From: Syntrophales bacterium
Lineage (GTDB): Bacteria; Desulfobacterota; Syntrophia; Syntrophales; UBA4778
Assembly (NCBI GenBank): GCA_963665615.2
Contig: CAXXQE010000008.1
Coordinates: 868,001 to 932,000, forward strand
Length of the DNA stretch: 64,000 nt
Direction of reading: 5' to 3'
Shown here: positions 54,741 through 64,000 of the stretch, piece after piece
Numbering within the stretch: position 1 is the first letter of the stretch
Layout of the letters: each line of letters opens with the position of its first letter
The notes under the pieces: model-generated
Seen by the model: only the letters and a program-made list of their open reading frames with translations
What the model was told of the DNA's origin: nothing
The model's database searches: none
Program-made: the position numbers and the translations under genes

Positions 54741-55349
54741 TTAATTTCCTAGCCGCTTCAGGGTCCGTTTCAGAAGTTCTTCCAAGGTCAGAGCCTGCAC
54801 GGACTCTTTGATCGTTTTCTCCAATGCTCCGGCGGCAGCGTTGTTCTTGTAGCCGAGGTTGACCAACGCTGAAAGGGCATCGTCCAGCATGGCCTGCTGC
54901 GACGCAGAGCCGGCACCGACTTGTGCCGTCGCATCTGTTTCCGACAGCTGTGGAACCTTGGCCTTGAGTTCGAAGACCAGCCGCTCAGCCATTTTTTTAC
55001 CGATCCCCGGGATGGCCGTCAATTTGGTCAAGTTGCCTCTGGCGAGCGCTTCCGCGAGGTCGTGGGGCGAGATCCCGGAGAGGATGTTGATCGCCAAGCG
55101 GGGGCCGATGCCCGACACGGAGATCATTAACTGAAACATGATTTTTTCTTCCGAGGTCTGAAAGCCGTAAAGCTGTAAAGCATCTTCCTTGACGTGGGTG
55201 TGTATGTGCAGCGAGACGGGCTGCCCGATTTCCGGCAAGATGTAAAAGGTGCTCAGCGGTATGGCAACCTGATACCCGATCCCATTAACATCGACGATGA
55301 TGTCTCCGGCGCACTTATAAGTCAACACCCCTTTGATACTGGCAATCAT
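54741..55349 (-). CDS. ruvA: Holliday junction branch migration protein
   Basis: VNGIGY, LYGF, HhH motifs VSGIGPR and [18 protein letters not shown]. Confidence 0.96.
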   Translation of the reverse strand: MIASIKGVLTYKCAGDIIVDVNGIGYQVAIPLSTFYILPEIGQPVSLHIHTHVKEDALQLYGFQTSEEKIMFQLMISVSGIGPRLAINILSGISPHDLAEALARGNLTKLTAIPGIGKKMAERLVFELKAKVPQLSETDATAQVGAGSASQQAMLDDALSALVNLGYKNNAAAGALEKTIKESVQALTLEELLKRTLKRLGN

Positions 55350-55350
55350 G

Positions 55351-55830
55351 TTACAGGGGAACCGCCTTCAGAGAATTTCCGTGGCATATCGCCATCGCCA
55401 GGGCATCGGCGGCGTCTGGCGGTGGCAGTTCGGACAGGCGTAAAATCGCTTTGACCATCTGCTGGACCTGTCCTTTGTCCGCCATGCCGTAACCGACAAC
55501 GGCCTTTTTGACCTCGAGCGGCGAATATTCATAAACGGGAATGCCGGCCTGCGTTGCCGCCAGGACGATAACCCCCCGGACATGTCCTTGCTTGATAAGG
55601 CTGCTGACATTCTTCCCGTAAAAGATATCTTCCAGAGCGAGGACAGATGGTGCCGTCTCCCTCATGATCTTCAGGAGTTTTGTGTAAACGAAATCAAGAC
55701 GGCGCGACAGGGGATCGTTGCGCTTGTTTTTAATCTCTCCATAATCGATCCCCGTCAGGGCGCTTTTATTTTTTTCGATCAGGCCGTAGCCCGTCACGTT
55801 GATGCCGGGGTCTATGCCGAGGATACGCAT
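55351..55830 (-). CDS. ruvC: Crossover junction endodeoxyribonuclease
   Basis: ILGIDPG..TGYG, EYSPLEVKKAVVGYG, DAADALAMAICH. Confidence 0.96.
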   Translation of the reverse strand: MRILGIDPGINVTGYGLIEKNKSALTGIDYGEIKNKRNDPLSRRLDFVYTKLLKIMRETAPSVLALEDIFYGKNVSSLIKQGHVRGVIVLAATQAGIPVYEYSPLEVKKAVVGYGMADKGQVQQMVKAILRLSELPPPDAADALAMAICHGNSLKAVPL

Positions 55831-55848
55831 GGGAGTTCCTTTGAGACG

Positions 55849-56598
55849 TTACTGACTGAGTTTTTCCATGATGTCGTCGGGGATATCGAAGTTGGCGAAG
55901 ACATTTTGAACGTCGTCGTTGTCCTCCATCATCTCCATCAGCTTGAGCATCTGCTCGGCCTTGCCTTCGTCGAGTTTGACGGTGTTTTGCGGGATCATGC
56001 CGATTTGGGCATTAACGCATTTATAACCGGCGTCTTCCAGGGCCTGCCGGACTGAATCGAATGCTGCCGGATCGGTCAACACCTCGAACTCGCTTTCATC
56101 TCCCTGAACGTCTTCCGCGCCAGCCTCAAGGGCTGCCTCCATCAGCTTGTCTTCATCGACGCCCTTTTTATCGATGATCAGACTGCCCTTGCGCTTGAAG
56201 ATCCAGGAGACGCTGCCGTTTTCTGCAAGATTGCCGCCGTACTTAGAGAAGATGTGTCGAATATCGGCAACGGTCCGCTTCTTGTTGTCGGTCAGGCATT
56301 CCACGAGTACGGCCACGCCGCCCGGCCCGTACCCTTCATAGGTGATTTCCTCGATCGTTGCCCCGCCGTCCAGTTCGCCCGTGCCTTTTTTAATGGCCCG
56401 TTCGATATTGTCCTTCGGAACATTCTCACTTTTCGCCGCCAGGATTGCCGTTCTAAGACGCGGATTGCCTTCGGGGTCTCCACCCGAGCGGGCTGCCAGG
56501 GTGATTTCCTTAAGGATTTTGGTAAACATCTTGCCGCGCTTGGCGTCGATGGCGCCTTTTTTTCTCTTGATGGTGCTCCACTTGGAATGGCCGGACAT
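55849..56598 (-). CDS. yebC: YebC/PmpR family protein
   Basis: [39 protein letters not shown]. Confidence 0.97.
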   Translation of the reverse strand: MSGHSKWSTIKRKKGAIDAKRGKMFTKILKEITLAARSGGDPEGNPRLRTAILAAKSENVPKDNIERAIKKGTGELDGGATIEEITYEGYGPGGVAVLVECLTDNKKRTVADIRHIFSKYGGNLAENGSVSWIFKRKGSLIIDKKGVDEDKLMEAALEAGAEDVQGDESEFEVLTDPAAFDSVRQALEDAGYKCVNAQIGMIPQNTVKLDEGKAEQMLKLMEMMEDNDDVQNVFANFDIPDDIMEKLSQ

Positions 56599-56866
56599 GG
56601 TTTCTCCTCTAAATGACGTTATGGCACCAGCTGGCGATCACATTCAGCCCGGGATGGACTGCGGGGCTATCTCCGCCGGTTATTGCAAAGTGATGCTTAA
56701 TTATCATATCGCAATCATTCTGTAAATGTGCATTTCGCGATCTCGCCGCAGGCAGACCGCCCGGCGCCTTCCGAAGAGTACTTAAGGGTATCGATTTCGT
56801 TTGCCAAGCGTCCCTTTCTTATATATAGAAACGGAGGTAGTTCATATTTGTCACGCAGAGAAGTCC

Positions 56867-57442
56867 ATGGAAAACGATCACGCAATTCAAACCAATGCCA
56901 TCCCGGAGCTTGACAAAGTCAAGCTGAGCTGGCGGAAGACGCTGACCTTTTTTGAGAAAAAAGAATGGTCCAATGCGGTTATCCGAGCGGCAATTACAAT
57001 CGAGATGGCGGCGAACTTTGTTGTCCGGCAGGAGCTTGAGGTCAGACGTAACCTGGAGGCGGAGTTTGTCGAGAGTTTGCTGATCTGGGCCAACGGCATT
57101 CACGGCAAGTTTACCCGGATTATCCTGCCGTTGCTGAAATATTCCGATCGCTTTTCGGCTTTTAAAACGATTCAGGAGCAGGTCTTCTATATCGATGAGG
57201 AGAGGAATTCCGTCGTTCACAGCGGCGTTACGAAGCAACGGCGTACGGCCGAGAAGGTTCTGGGAACGGCACGGGAGATCATAGAGATTCTCGTCCGAGA
57301 CTACCATCGTTCTTTTGAATTGAAGGGGCTGCGGATCCAATCAGGAAAGAAAAAACCAAAAGCCGGGAAGCGGGCGGTTCAGCAGTGCCTGCTATTTCCG
57401 ACGGATTCACGCACCATCGTTAAGTCATCCTCCAAGGGGTGA
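56867..57442 (+). CDS. Hypothetical protein with HEPN-like Rx4H motif
   Basis: 191 aa from ATG 56867; helical pattern EWSNAVIRAAITIE and ERNSVVH; basic C-terminal tail. Confidence 0.65.
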   Translation: MENDHAIQTNAIPELDKVKLSWRKTLTFFEKKEWSNAVIRAAITIEMAANFVVRQELEVRRNLEAEFVESLLIWANGIHGKFTRIILPLLKYSDRFSAFKTIQEQVFYIDEERNSVVHSGVTKQRRTAEKVLGTAREIIEILVRDYHRSFELKGLRIQSGKKKPKAGKRAVQQCLLFPTDSRTIVKSSSKG

Positions 57443-57500
57443 GAGACAAGGTCGCCGTTATGACACATTGCTCGTTGTTCCATGTCAGTTAATTAATGTC

Positions 57501-57905
57501 ATGAAATCATTTGCCTCCCTAACAGAGATCAAGGTCCGGGGGTATCACCTCGACGTTTACGGCCACGTCAATAATGCGCGCTATCTGGAGTTTCTGGAAG
57601 AGAGCCGCTGGAAATGGGTGGAGGACGTGGTCGGTGTCGGTGAGCCATTCAGTCGCGACATGGGGTTTTCCATCGTTAACATCAATATCAATTACCGCAG
57701 GCCTGCCTGTCTGGGAGACGAGCTTGTAATCGGGACGGGCATCAGGGCGTTCAAAAGCCGCAGTGCGGTCGTTGAGCAAGTGATTTGGCTAAAGGGGACG
57801 GAAACCGTCATCGTCGATGCGGCCGTGACCTTCGTGATCGTTGCGATTGATACGGGCAAGGCGCTTCCCATGGATGAGACGTTACGCCGGTTTTTTGGAG
57901 GATGA
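57501..57905 (+). CDS. Acyl-CoA thioesterase, YbgC/FadM hotdog family
   Basis: KVRGYHLDVYGHVNNARYLEFLEESRW. Start ATG 57501. Confidence 0.92.
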   Translation: MKSFASLTEIKVRGYHLDVYGHVNNARYLEFLEESRWKWVEDVVGVGEPFSRDMGFSIVNININYRRPACLGDELVIGTGIRAFKSRSAVVEQVIWLKGTETVIVDAAVTFVIVAIDTGKALPMDETLRRFFGG

Positions 57906-57922
57906 CCCCCCAATTTTTACTT

Positions 57923-57967
57923 GCAAGAAGGCGCTTCTGAAGATTTCTGAAGCGCCTTCTTGCTTTT
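57923..57967. terminator. Terminator between convergent thioesterase and hemerythrin genes
   Basis: GCAAGAAGGCGCTTC-N11-GAAGCGCCTTCTTGC followed by TTTT. Confidence 0.78.
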
Positions 57968-58374
57968 CAGTGCAGCCCTTTTTCTATGAAAAAGGCACTG
58001 TACTTCTTGTCAATGTTCATGATGTGATGCTGCAACCAGTCACTCAGAAAATCCATCAGCTTAATCGTGAGACCGATCTTTCCGCTTTCAAAATCTGCCT
58101 TGAAGGCGGCGACCTGTTGAATAAATTTGGCGTGTTCTTCCATATGGGTGGCGGCTTCAGGGTAGCTGAAGCGCTCAAAATATTTTTCTTCCGTCGAAAA
58201 ATGCTCGGTGGTGTAGCGGATCAGTCCATTGAGGATTGGTGCGAGGATCTCTTTTCCCTTGCCGGCGCGCATTGCGTCCTGAAGGTCATTAATCATTTTA
58301 ATCAATTTTTTGTGTTGATCGTCTATTTCGCCGATCTTAACGCTGAACGTGTCATTCCATTGCACCAGGGCCAT
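57967..58374 (-). CDS. Bacteriohemerythrin
   Basis: Iron ligands IDDQHKKL, EHFSTEE, HMEEH, WLQHHIMNID. Confidence 0.94.
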   Translation of the reverse strand: MALVQWNDTFSVKIGEIDDQHKKLIKMINDLQDAMRAGKGKEILAPILNGLIRYTTEHFSTEEKYFERFSYPEAATHMEEHAKFIQQVAAFKADFESGKIGLTIKLMDFLSDWLQHHIMNIDKKYSAFFIEKGLH

Positions 58375-58438
58375 AGGTTCCCCCTCCTGAAGTAGTGTTT
58401 ATTTTTAAGATCGGCTGATTGTCTTCTTTTCTTTATCC

Positions 58439-60175
58439 CTATGGGAAGACACGCCAGAGACCTCGAACGGCGTTGACCAGATAAATGGCTGTAAAACGTC
58501 CTAATTCGCTTTTGTTGAGGATAGCCTCCCGGACCCGCCCCTCCTTGAGCAGAGCGCTTCTCATGGTTCCAGGCAAAAGCCCGCACGACACTGGCGGCGT
58601 CAGAAGTTCGCCGCCGACTTCGGCTGCGATATTGGCCCGGCAGGATTCGGTCAGCTCTCCGCGTTCATTCCAGAGCAGCAGGTCGTCACAGGCGGGATAA
58701 TCTAGAAGCGCCTGATCGTAAGGGGTGCGGTTCGTCGTTTTGTGATACAGAAAAACGTTTTTGGTATCAATGGGATTGCGGGCTATCCCGACTCGGTAAG
58801 GGGAGGGAAGATCGACGAGGGGGGCCGCATCGATACGGTGGTTGCCGTCGCGGTCAAGGCGCAGGCGAATCTTGTGGGCGCAGGCTTGCAGTGTGTGAGA
58901 AAGTGCGTCGAGTTTTGAACGGACGTTGCCAAGCTTCAAGGGGTAGTCGAAGTAGGCGGCCGAGGCGGCAAGCCTTGCCAGATGTTCGTCCAGGAGGTAG
59001 AACCCGCAGTCCGGTGTCCAGCGGATCGACTCAAGCAACTCGAAGTCGGAATGAGAGCCTGTCACGATTCTAGCTTTTACGTAGCATTCTTCCAACTCAA
59101 CGTGATTTTCAGAGTCCCACGTGATACCACCTCCCAGGCCATACTCTGCGGAACCACGCAATTTATCAATCAGAACGGTTCGGATAGCGACGTTGAATTG
59201 AGCCCTTCCGTCAGGGGCTACAAACCCAATAGCGCCCGTATAGATCCGTCGCGGCGTATTTTCCAACGAGGCGATGATTTCTGTTGTTCTTATCTTGGGG
59301 GCCCCTGTTATAGACGCGGCGGGGTAGAGCGCCCCGAAGATGTCGGAGAGTCCCGAACCGGTCGTGCAACGGACAGCGCTGGTCATCTGCCACAGTGTCG
59401 GATACTTTTCTATGCGGTAAAGATCTGTGACCTCAACTTTATCGCTCAGCCGCCCCATGTCGTTTCTTACCATATCAACGATCATGACATTTTCCGCTCG
59501 GTTTTTACCGGATGTGGCCAAGGCCTCGGCCTGTTGTTTGTCTTGCAGCAGGGTCCATCCTCGCGGTGCCGTTCCTTTCATAGGGTGGCAAATCAGATTT
59601 TTTCCTGAACGGGCGAAGAACAGTTCTGGTGAGGCGGAACAGATTGCCCAACGCTCGGTGTTGATGAAGGCGCCATAGGTGCTTCCCTGACAGTGGATCA
59701 TACGAGAGAAGAGTTGCCAGGGATCGTCCCGAAAAGGTGCACGAAGACGAAAGGAGTAATTGACCTGGTAGGTTTCACCGTTGGCGATCCGCTCTTTGAT
59801 CGCCTGAAACGCCTGTCGGTATTCTTCCGGGGTTACCGATGCCCTCCAAGGGATATCGTTTAGGCGATTGGGGGCGTTCTGCGCCGGTAGCTCTGTGGAG
59901 GACAGCTGAAGAGGTTCCGGATAGAGCGCGAACCAGGCAAGGGGGAATTCATCTGGAGGATGAGTCGTTAGTGCGTGGTCAAAGGCGGGGGCAGCCTCAT
60001 AGGAGACGAACCCTGCGGCATAGAGACCGAGGGTGTTGACTGCCTGTTCAACATTGCGTAACGTCCGGACAACCGATTCACGATCATGAGCGACAAGGAT
60101 TTGAAGGGGGGATCTGAAGGATAGCCAGTAATTGGAACCGGCGTCGTAAAGGATCAGGGCGTTGACGGCTGGCAC
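58439..60175 (-). CDS. pabB: Fused aminodeoxychorismate synthase component I / ADC lyase (PabB-PabC)
   Basis: GETYQVN, SASPELF, PMKGT, KNRAENVMIVDMVRND, SITGAPK, NVAIRT; class IV aminotransferase half HKTTNR, GLLPGTMR, NAVRG. Confidence 0.9.
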   Translation of the reverse strand: MPAVNALILYDAGSNYWLSFRSPLQILVAHDRESVVRTLRNVEQAVNTLGLYAAGFVSYEAAPAFDHALTTHPPDEFPLAWFALYPEPLQLSSTELPAQNAPNRLNDIPWRASVTPEEYRQAFQAIKERIANGETYQVNYSFRLRAPFRDDPWQLFSRMIHCQGSTYGAFINTERWAICSASPELFFARSGKNLICHPMKGTAPRGWTLLQDKQQAEALATSGKNRAENVMIVDMVRNDMGRLSDKVEVTDLYRIEKYPTLWQMTSAVRCTTGSGLSDIFGALYPAASITGAPKIRTTEIIASLENTPRRIYTGAIGFVAPDGRAQFNVAIRTVLIDKLRGSAEYGLGGGITWDSENHVELEECYVKARIVTGSHSDFELLESIRWTPDCGFYLLDEHLARLAASAAYFDYPLKLGNVRSKLDALSHTLQACAHKIRLRLDRDGNHRIDAAPLVDLPSPYRVGIARNPIDTKNVFLYHKTTNRTPYDQALLDYPACDDLLLWNERGELTESCRANIAAEVGGELLTPPVSCGLLPGTMRSALLKEGRVREAILNKSELGRFTAIYLVNAVRGLWRVFP

Positions 60176-60185
60176 TAAATCTGTT

Positions 60186-60573
60186 TTAGAAATGTCTCTT
60201 CCACCTTGTCAATTTGTCGAAGGCGTCCTCGACGGCCTTGAAGAGTGTTTCCGTTGCAATGGGCTTCGTAAAAAAATCGTCGAAGCCAGCTTCACGGCAT
60301 TCTTCGATTTCAAAAAGCGCCGACCAACCGGTCATGGCAAAAATTAAACAGACGGGGTTGAACATGCGGATTTGCCGGCACAACTCGATGCCATTGGTCC
60401 CGAAGAGTTTCAGATCGAGAAAAATAACATCGATTCTCTCTTCCTCAAGGATCTTCAAGGCCTCTTCGGCGCCTTCAGCCGTGAAAAATGGTATATCCGG
60501 AGGAACCCAGGATATCCTGAAACAACTCTCTGATGGAGGCCTCATCATCAACGACCAGAATCTTCTTTTCCAT
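60186..60573 (-). pseudogene. Single-domain response regulator (REC) interrupted by a 1-nt insertion
   Basis: ATG 60573 gives MEKKILVVDDEASIRELFQDILGSSGYTIFHG*; the rest (TAEGAEEALKIL..IFLDLKL..AMTG..FTKP) is in another frame. The span is 388 nt (3n+1), with the shift in the A5 run at 60484-60488. Could be a sequencing error. Confidence 0.8.
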
Positions 60574-60587
60574 TGGAGTCTTTCCGA

Positions 60588-63500
60588 TTACTCCACAGAA
60601 TGATTCTTGCGAAGCTCGGCGGGATAATCTTTTCTGAAATCGAGTTTGACGATCCTCGACTGGGAATCGTCTGCAGCCGCCGGATTCTTTCCGCTGCCGT
60701 CCAGCACTTCGCGAACCTTCTGGGAGAGTTCCCCCATGCTGAAGGGTTTTTGAATGAAGGCCCGACAGCCTTTCTCCATAATCTTGGAAGCCTGGCCGTT
60801 CATACTGTAGCCGCTCGAGAGAATGACATTGACGTCCGGATTAATGAGCTTCAGGGCGTCGAAGATTTCGCCGCCTCCCATCTCAGGAATAATCATATCC
60901 AGAATGACAAGATCGATTTCATCTTTTTTAAGCCGGTAGAGTTCAATGGCTTCTTTGCCGTTGGTAGCCGAATAGACGGTATATCCAAGGGCTTCCAGAA
61001 TCTCCCTGCTGACATCAATGATGGTCTCCTCGTCGTCGACGAGCATTATGGTTTCATGGCCTTCTAGAAGGTTATAGGGATCGGCAGCACCGTTGGCCGC
61101 AAAGGCTTCAGCCGCCGGCAGGTAAATTGTGAAAGTGGTACCGTGTCCCTTTTCACTATAAACGTTGATGATTCCGCCATGACCTTTGACAATGCCATAA
61201 ACGGACGCAAGGCCCAAGCCTGTTCCACGTCCCATTTCCCGGGTTGTGAAAAAGGGTTCGAAGACCCGTTGTCGGGTCTTTTCATCCATACCGACACCCG
61301 TATCCGTTACGGAAATTTTTACGTAGCGGCCCGGTTTCACCTGGAAGGGCATCACGAAGGCTTCGTCGATATAGACGTTCTCCGTTGCGATCGCCAGTTC
61401 GCCGCCGCCCGGCATGGCCTGCCCCGCGTTAACATAAAGGTTCAATAGAACCTGTTCGATCTGACCGCGGTCGGTATCGACCATCCAGATATCCTCTTTG
61501 AGCCTCTTATGGATGATGACCTCCTTTTTCGTGCGCCCGAACATGACGGAGGTCTTCTGGATAATTTCGTTCAGGTTGGTTGGGGCGACCTCGTACCGTC
61601 CGCCGCGTGCAAACCCCAGCAGCTGGCGTGCGAGATCCGCGCCGCTCTGGACCTGTTCCTCGATGTTCTTGAGTTTTTTATAGAATGGATGATGAACGTC
61701 CATGCCCAAAAGCATAAGGGAAGTATAGCCCTGGATGCCCATCAGTAGATTGTTGAAGTCGTGAGCAATGCCACCGGCGAGTGTTCCGATGGCCTCCATT
61801 TTTTGAGACTGAAGCAGTTCCGCCTCCAAATCCCGCTGGGCTTTTTCGGAAAGACGTTGTTCGGTGATGTCCCGCATGGATTGAATGGCGCCGATGATGT
61901 TTCCCTTGGAATCAAACAGGGCCGCCGCTGTTCCTATCAGGTAAACGCTCTTGCCATCGAGATCCGAGATGAACGATTCTCCCACGAGCATGTGGTCCTG
62001 TCGCTTCAGGTTCTGGTAGATGTCTTCGATATGGCATTCATCCAGCGCCACCGTGAGAACCAGGTCAATCAGAGTGGGTCGCCGCTGCCTGTAAAACGGT
62101 ACGGCATATTCGTAGTTGCCCTTGCCGAGAATCTTGTCGGCGCCGATGCCTGTCATCATTTCGATGGCACGATTCCAGGCAATGACTTCGCCGTTGTTAT
62201 TGATGACAAAGGTCGGATCCGGGAGAAAATTGATGATGTCTTTCCACCGGCGCTCCGATTCCTTCAGATTGTCTTCGGCCCGTTTCTGTTCCGTAATGTT
62301 CTCATAGGTTGCCACGATTTTGTGAGAGCCGACCTCCCCGAGTCGGGAGGCCGTGATACGGCAGAGGACATCGGAACCGTTTCGATGCCGGCAAGGAATC
62401 GTCGCCTCCCCGCCATAAACGGGCTTTTCCAGCAATGCACGCTCGATGGTGTCTGTGATCTGAGAAAATTGACTGTCGTTATTATAGAGCATGGCCATGC
62501 TCTGACCAATCAACTCTGAGGGTTTCCAGCCGAAAACTGCTTCGACACTGTCATTGACGAAGATGATCTGTCCACTGTCGAGACCGAAGACGGCGTGGGG
62601 AATTGAGGCAAGAATAGAGGATTCAAAGGCCTGAAGCTCTTCGAGTTGTTTCTGGGCCGCCTTCTGTTCCGTAATATCGACATAACTTCCAAGTACCGCA
62701 CGTCGACCACGATGCGTGATAGACCGCACGGTTTCCATGAACCATCTGACCTGCCCCGTCTTACTTACAACTCGAAACTCATAGGGGCTGACCGTATGGT
62801 CTCCTTTTAACATCCGAATGGCGTTTTCTCGAACATTTTCCCTGTCGTCGGGGTGAACCATGTTCAGGATATCTGTCGCCAGAAGCTCCTGCTCGCTCAA
62901 ACCCGTGTATTCCATGAAATGCGGATTGAAGAGCGCCAACCGCCCGTTTTGAGAGACGTAGATCCCCGCTGGCGAACTCTCGGCCAGTGTGGTGTAGATA
63001 TCCTGCTCCTGCTTGCGCTCCGTGATATCTTCGCTGATCCCTTCATAGTAAAGCACGTGTCCTGCTTCGTCACGGACGACCCAGGCACTTTGAAGCAACC
63101 AGATGAGGACGCCGTCCTTGCGGCGGCACTGGCACTCCATGCCCATGATGGTCCCGCGTTCTTCAAGCAGTCGGATAAAGTTCGCTCGATCAGTGCAATC
63201 GCCATAGATCTGCTGCTCGATATTGTGAATGGAAGTCAGCAGTTCATCGGGAGAGGTATATCCCAAAATGGCAGCCATGGCGTCGTTGACCATGAGGAAC
63301 TTCCCTTCGGGAGTGCTGCGATAGATTCCCATTGTTCCGTGTTCAAAGAAACCCCGGTAATTATCCGTAGCGCTCTTTGATAATGTCCGAGCTTGAGGTG
63401 TTGATAGAAAAAGGTCGGCACCAACCTCATTTTGGGACAGTGGCTCGAATGGGATTTTAAGAGAAAGGACACCCTGAGTAGCCATCTTGCCTTTGTAAGG

Positions 63501-63932
63501 CAAAAGGTGCTGTGTTGCGGTCACAGGGATTTTTCGACCATCCCGAGCGATGGCAATAAACTCGTAATGAGACGGCAGGGTGTCTCCGGCAAGCGTTTTC
63601 TGAAGGCGATTTTCAAAGAGGGCTTTGCTTTCAGGCGCGATTAACGACATGAAGTCGAAATTCGAAGAGGAGAGTTCCTCAAGGTTGTAACCGAAAAGAC
63701 TCAAGAACCGTGAATTGACGTGTTCGATACGGCCGTCAATCACCAAGTAAAGGGCATCGGAGGACTGCTCGGCAAAAAAAGCGTATAACTGCCTGCTTTC
63801 TTCGTGCAGATCTCCTTTGAGTAAAAGAGCGGAACGCAGCTTTTCCAGTGCCTGGATACGGAGACGTAATTCGGTCATCTCCTTGTTGATCTGCGCTTTT
63901 GTGTCTTCAACGACGTCCATGAGAGGTTCCAA
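60588..63932 (-). CDS. Cytoplasmic hybrid sensor histidine kinase (about five PAS, HisKA, HATPase, REC)
   Basis: Five PAS-like repeats, most ending in DITE/NITE; SQKMEAIGTLAGGIAHDFNNLL; FEPFFTT..GTGLGL; C-terminal receiver (LVDDE, ILDM, QKPF). Start 63932 (TTG) or 63920 (ATG). Confidence 0.93.
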   Translation of the reverse strand: MEPLMDVVEDTKAQINKEMTELRLRIQALEKLRSALLLKGDLHEESRQLYAFFAEQSSDALYLVIDGRIEHVNSRFLSLFGYNLEELSSSNFDFMSLIAPESKALFENRLQKTLAGDTLPSHYEFIAIARDGRKIPVTATQHLLPYKGKMATQGVLSLKIPFEPLSQNEVGADLFLSTPQARTLSKSATDNYRGFFEHGTMGIYRSTPEGKFLMVNDAMAAILGYTSPDELLTSIHNIEQQIYGDCTDRANFIRLLEERGTIMGMECQCRRKDGVLIWLLQSAWVVRDEAGHVLYYEGISEDITERKQEQDIYTTLAESSPAGIYVSQNGRLALFNPHFMEYTGLSEQELLATDILNMVHPDDRENVRENAIRMLKGDHTVSPYEFRVVSKTGQVRWFMETVRSITHRGRRAVLGSYVDITEQKAAQKQLEELQAFESSILASIPHAVFGLDSGQIIFVNDSVEAVFGWKPSELIGQSMAMLYNNDSQFSQITDTIERALLEKPVYGGEATIPCRHRNGSDVLCRITASRLGEVGSHKIVATYENITEQKRAEDNLKESERRWKDIINFLPDPTFVINNNGEVIAWNRAIEMMTGIGADKILGKGNYEYAVPFYRQRRPTLIDLVLTVALDECHIEDIYQNLKRQDHMLVGESFISDLDGKSVYLIGTAAALFDSKGNIIGAIQSMRDITEQRLSEKAQRDLEAELLQSQKMEAIGTLAGGIAHDFNNLLMGIQGYTSLMLLGMDVHHPFYKKLKNIEEQVQSGADLARQLLGFARGGRYEVAPTNLNEIIQKTSVMFGRTKKEVIIHKRLKEDIWMVDTDRGQIEQVLLNLYVNAGQAMPGGGELAIATENVYIDEAFVMPFQVKPGRYVKISVTDTGVGMDEKTRQRVFEPFFTTREMGRGTGLGLASVYGIVKGHGGIINVYSEKGHGTTFTIYLPAAEAFAANGAADPYNLLEGHETIMLVDDEETIIDVSREILEALGYTVYSATNGKEAIELYRLKKDEIDLVILDMIIPEMGGGEIFDALKLINPDVNVILSSGYSMNGQASKIMEKGCRAFIQKPFSMGELSQKVREVLDGSGKNPAAADDSQSRIVKLDFRKDYPAELRKNHSVE

Positions 63933-64000
63933 CTATACTATATTGAGTTCGGCGACGTGCGCATTACTCGTAATTTCCAGTGGGCAAACGAACGCATCAC

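Noticed and set aside
60474..60480. Selenocysteine or readthrough at the TGA in the response regulator
   Set aside because: The downstream domain is in a different frame, so readthrough would not restore it.

Overview
This is a chromosomal window from a GC-rich Gram-negative anaerobe. The gene set (DUF4390-ntrYX-lpxC, yebC-ruvCAB-queH, rubrerythrin, stand-alone PurH cyclohydrolase domain) looks deltaproteobacterial, possibly Syntrophales-like; that placement is inference. It holds about 50 CDS and I saw no rRNA, tRNA, CRISPR array, integrase or transposase. Main blocks: (i) two paralogous three-gene modules, TonB-dependent receptor + YfiR + CHASE8/HAMP sensor, at 1-3.4 kb (sensor cut by the window edge) and 17.2-21.9 kb (GGDEF-EAL output); (ii) oxygen and stress defence (degQ-CBS-cydAB, perR-katG-rbr, hemerythrin); (iii) purine, pyrimidine and amino-acid genes (proC, purD, purH-N, purE, carB, atypical purF, aroF, fused pabBC); (iv) nickel-pincer cofactor genes larC-larE-larB without larA; (v) lpxC behind a sigma-54-type promoter next to an NtrYX-like system; (vi) a multi-PAS hybrid kinase with a frameshifted response regulator. 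The best candidate for an undescribed system is the receptor-YfiR-CHASE8 trans-envelope signalling module, in which a TonB-dependent receptor occupies the place of YfiB. Also notable: two dispersed non-coding repeat families, a dRS3/REP-like palindrome, a 145-nt rod-like hairpin, a lone HEPN-like protein with a possible clamp-binding tail, and two single-base homopolymer frameshifts. All calls come from motif recognition by eye; no database searches were run.
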